NCBI RefSeq assembly: GCF_009914755.1
Contig: NC_060936.1
Origin: the human T2T-CHM13v2.0 reference genome, Homo sapiens
Direction: 5' to 3' (one strand)
Length of the DNA: 64,000 nucleotides
Shown here: positions 49,004-64,000 of the stretch, piece by piece
Layout of the letters: every line of letters begins with the position of its first letter
Position numbering within the stretch: position 1 is the first letter of the stretch
Notes under the pieces: model-generated
Told to the model about the DNA's origin: nothing
Database searches by the model: none
What the model saw: only the letters and a program-made list of their open reading frames with translations
Program-made: the position numbers and the translations under genes

Positions 49004-50524
49004 TAATTTCATCTTTTAATTATTTGCATTTGGCTACTCAAAAAAGAAATTGAAATAAAATACTTAGGCCAGGCACTGTGGCTTCACACCTGAATCCCAG
49101 GTAGCACTTTGGGAGGCTGAGATGATGCAGATCATTTGAGGCCAAGAGTGGGAGACCAGCCTGGCCAACAGCCTGAGAACCCCATCTCAGGTACATTGTC
49201 ATGGGCCTTTGGTGCCAGCTACTCAGGGGAGTGAGGTGGGAAGATCACTTGGACCAATATACATATACACACATATTTTATTGGACAGTGCTGCTCTAGA
49301 TGAGCAAAGTACAGGCTGTATCACTCATCATGTATGGTCAGCTCCTAAAATAACTGTAGACACACAGGAAGCTTTTGCGTCCACACTGCCTTAGAAGGTC
49401 ATGAACATTTTTAATAAGATTGATTTAAAAAGGCAGAGCTTAATTGAAAAATGTTGATGATCACGAAATGAAGGATCCATAGTGTCATTTCCTTAGAAGG
49501 CTTAGATTTGTCACTGAAACACGGTGAAAAGCCATTTTGCCATAGAATTTCTGTGCTCTGGGAAAATGAAAGGTTTATTAAAGTACATTAAAAATCTTAC
49601 AATCTGGCTAGGTGAAGTGGATCACACCTGTAACCCCATCACTTTGGGAGCCCTGAGGTGGGAGGATTGCTTGAGGCCAGGAATTCAAGACCAACCTGGG
49701 CAACGTAACAAGACCTTGTCTTTATAAAAAATTAAAAACAAGCTAGGTGTGTTGGTGAGCACCTGTGGTCCCAGGTACTCAAGAGGCTGAGGTGGGAGGA
49801 CTGCTTGAGCCTGGGGGAGCCTGCTGCAATGCACTGCACTCCAGCCTAGGACAGAAAGCAAAAAAAAAGAAAACACCCCATTACTTCATTTTCATGTATA
49901 AAAAAAATACCTAATGAGCAAGTTGGCAAGACTTAATTCCAGCTTTTAAAATAAGGCTGTCAATCTTATTCCTGTAGTCTTCCCTGATTGTAATGTGCTC
50001 TCATTCTGTGATGTTTTCCAAAGGATTTTTCAAAGGAAAGCCAAACCTTATTACTTTGCTGTAACTGAAGTAAATTAACTTCAAGTTTTGCAGGCCCCCC
50101 CCACCCCTTGGCTCCAGATTTATGTTCAATCTAGTAACAAAACATTTTCTAGGCTGGCTGCAGTGGCTCACGCCTATAATCCCGGCACTTTGGGAGGCTG
50201 AGGAGGGTGGATCACCTGAGGTCAGGAGTTCAGGACCAGCCTGGCCAACATGGTAAAACCCCACCTCTACTAAAAATACAAAAATTAGCTGGGTGCGGTG
50301 GTACGCCTGTAATCCCAGTTACATGGGAGGTGGAGGTGGGAGAATTGCTTGAACCTGGGGGGCAGAGGCTCTGGCAGTGAGCCGAGATTGTGCCACTGCA
50401 CCCAGTTTAGGCAACAGAGCAAGATCCTGTCTCAAAAAAACAAACAAAAAAAATTTCTAATATTTTAATATTTTATAGTCTATGCTGGAGAAGACTTCAA
50501 AGGGATAATGAGCAAAAAGCATGC

Positions 50525-51332
50525 AAAGAACTTGTTATAAGGCACTTTATTAAAATAAAAGTGCTTACATCCCTTTAATGCATTAATCTATCTCCTGAAT
50601 AACACATGTAATATTTGACAAATACTGAATACCAAGTCTGTCCCTTATAATAGGAAAACATACTATTTTAATAAGTTTTCTCCTTCCACCTTTTACATTT
50701 TTGCTCACCACGGTATTGACTGTAGTATAGTTAACTGGCCTTAAAAAGGGTGGTGGGGAGGGGATTTCTAGCTAGTGTTTTCTAACAGCAATTGCCAAAT
50801 GCTACAGAAACTATAAAACAAATTCAAAGAAACATCCCAGGTAACTTAAATTAACACCAGTTTTGAGAAAACCATTTTTATTATCATTACCACCCAGCTT
50901 ATCTGTGCTGGATTATGTACCAAATGGCCAGATCTTCTAAAGAACATCTACATAACATTTCTTTCATGTTTCAAGAGATGAAAATAACTGTACAAGGTTA
51001 AGTACAAAAGTACACAAGACAGCGGACACGAAAAAATCCATGTATGAGATTTTATCCCCACCTGCAGCTTTTATATATTTGAAAAGTAGAATTCATGAAC
51101 TAAAAAATATTATCCTTCTATAGTCCTGTCAAGTTTAATGGAAGTGGGTTTAACCTGATTACAACACTAACACCAGTATCACTGATCTGATATTTACAAA
51201 AATTTGTATTTTTCAATAAATTAAAGTCAATGCAACACCCATGCAAGCTAGAGTGCTAGCTGTTTGGTGAACAAGGACGTGACATCAGAACAAGAAGTCT
51301 ATAAGTCCCAAACTTTACAAGTGTGATCATTT
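50525..51332 (-). other. RSRC2: RSRC2 3' UTR with poly(A) signals at 50882-50877 and 50551-50546
   Basis: Repeat-free AT-rich stretch after the stop codon with two minus-strand AATAAA; the end is inferred. Confidence 0.65.
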
Positions 51333-63229
<11,897 letters not shown>

Positions 63230-64000
63230 CTGAAATTAAAGTGCACAAATTTGTAATTACTTAAAAGTTGTGTTGTTTCATTTATACACATCATGAATTA
63301 GTTACTTGTAGTAACGCAATAAAGACAAGCAAGTAACTGCACTATATTATTTACAGAAATAAGCGAGATTTTCAAAGGAAATACTAACTGAAAATGAACC
63401 CTTCATTTTGTTTGATAATTTGTCCTAGAACATAGTAAACCTATTAACATGTCAAAAGCGTTCAATGCATCCTACCCAAATTTAAGCTTCCGTTTAATAC
63501 TCTTCCCACAGTAGTTACAAATCTTAATACTTTAGTTTATCTACTAAAAATTTTTGAGTCTGATACCACACACAACCCACAGAATTCTCCAAAAAAAACC
63601 CCACCAAAAACCATTCACAAATTTGAGCTGTGATCCAGTTTCTCAAAAATCTTTTTATCTATACTCCAACATTAAAAAAAATCTAGATTGCAGTTTAGCA
63701 GCAAACACCAACATCACCATCGATGATGCAAAAGGACTGTTTATCAGCTTAAACCACACAGTTTAACAATATGATTTTTTCAGTGCCAGACAGATTAAGT
63801 GGTTAAAAATCTCAGCTGGGCAGAGTGACTCACTCCTGAAATCCCAGCACTTCAGGAGGCCAAGGCCGTCACACTGCTTGAGCCCAGGGATTCGTGAATA
63901 GCCTGCACAACATGGCCAAAACCCGTCTCTACAAAAAAATACTAAGAGATTAGCTGGGTGTGGTGGCGCATGTCTGTGGTCTCAGCTGCTTGGGAGGCTT

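Overview
Human-type (primate), extremely Alu-rich genomic DNA that I recognise from the encoded proteins as the ZCCHC8-RSRC2 locus (12q24.31). Two minus-strand genes lie in tandem. ZCCHC8 is complete: 14 coding exons, 46649->19323, whose lengths sum to 2124 nt = 707 aa + stop. It is the zinc-knuckle scaffold of the NEXT nuclear exosome-targeting complex and has a CpG-island/ZNF143 promoter at ~46.2-46.95 kb. The 3' half of RSRC2 (last six coding exons, 63229->51333) lies upstream. Positions 1-~17 kb are intergenic and made mostly of Alus, MER21, MLT1, MER41A, L1 and MIR remnants. Almost all ORFs in the supplied track are Alu-derived artefacts. The most notable signals: (1) ZCCHC8 carries two minor-spliceosome (U12-type) introns, an AT-AC intron 1 and a 115-nt GT-AG intron 6; (2) a tightly spaced inverted Alu pair sits in the ZCCHC8 3' region behind a proximal poly(A) signal; (3) a candidate Alu-derived poison exon lies in RSRC2; (4) a perfect 80-bp tandem duplication lies in ZCCHC8 intron 8. 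Together these suggest (inference only) an RNA-surveillance feedback layer on ZCCHC8. No new protein-coding system is evident.
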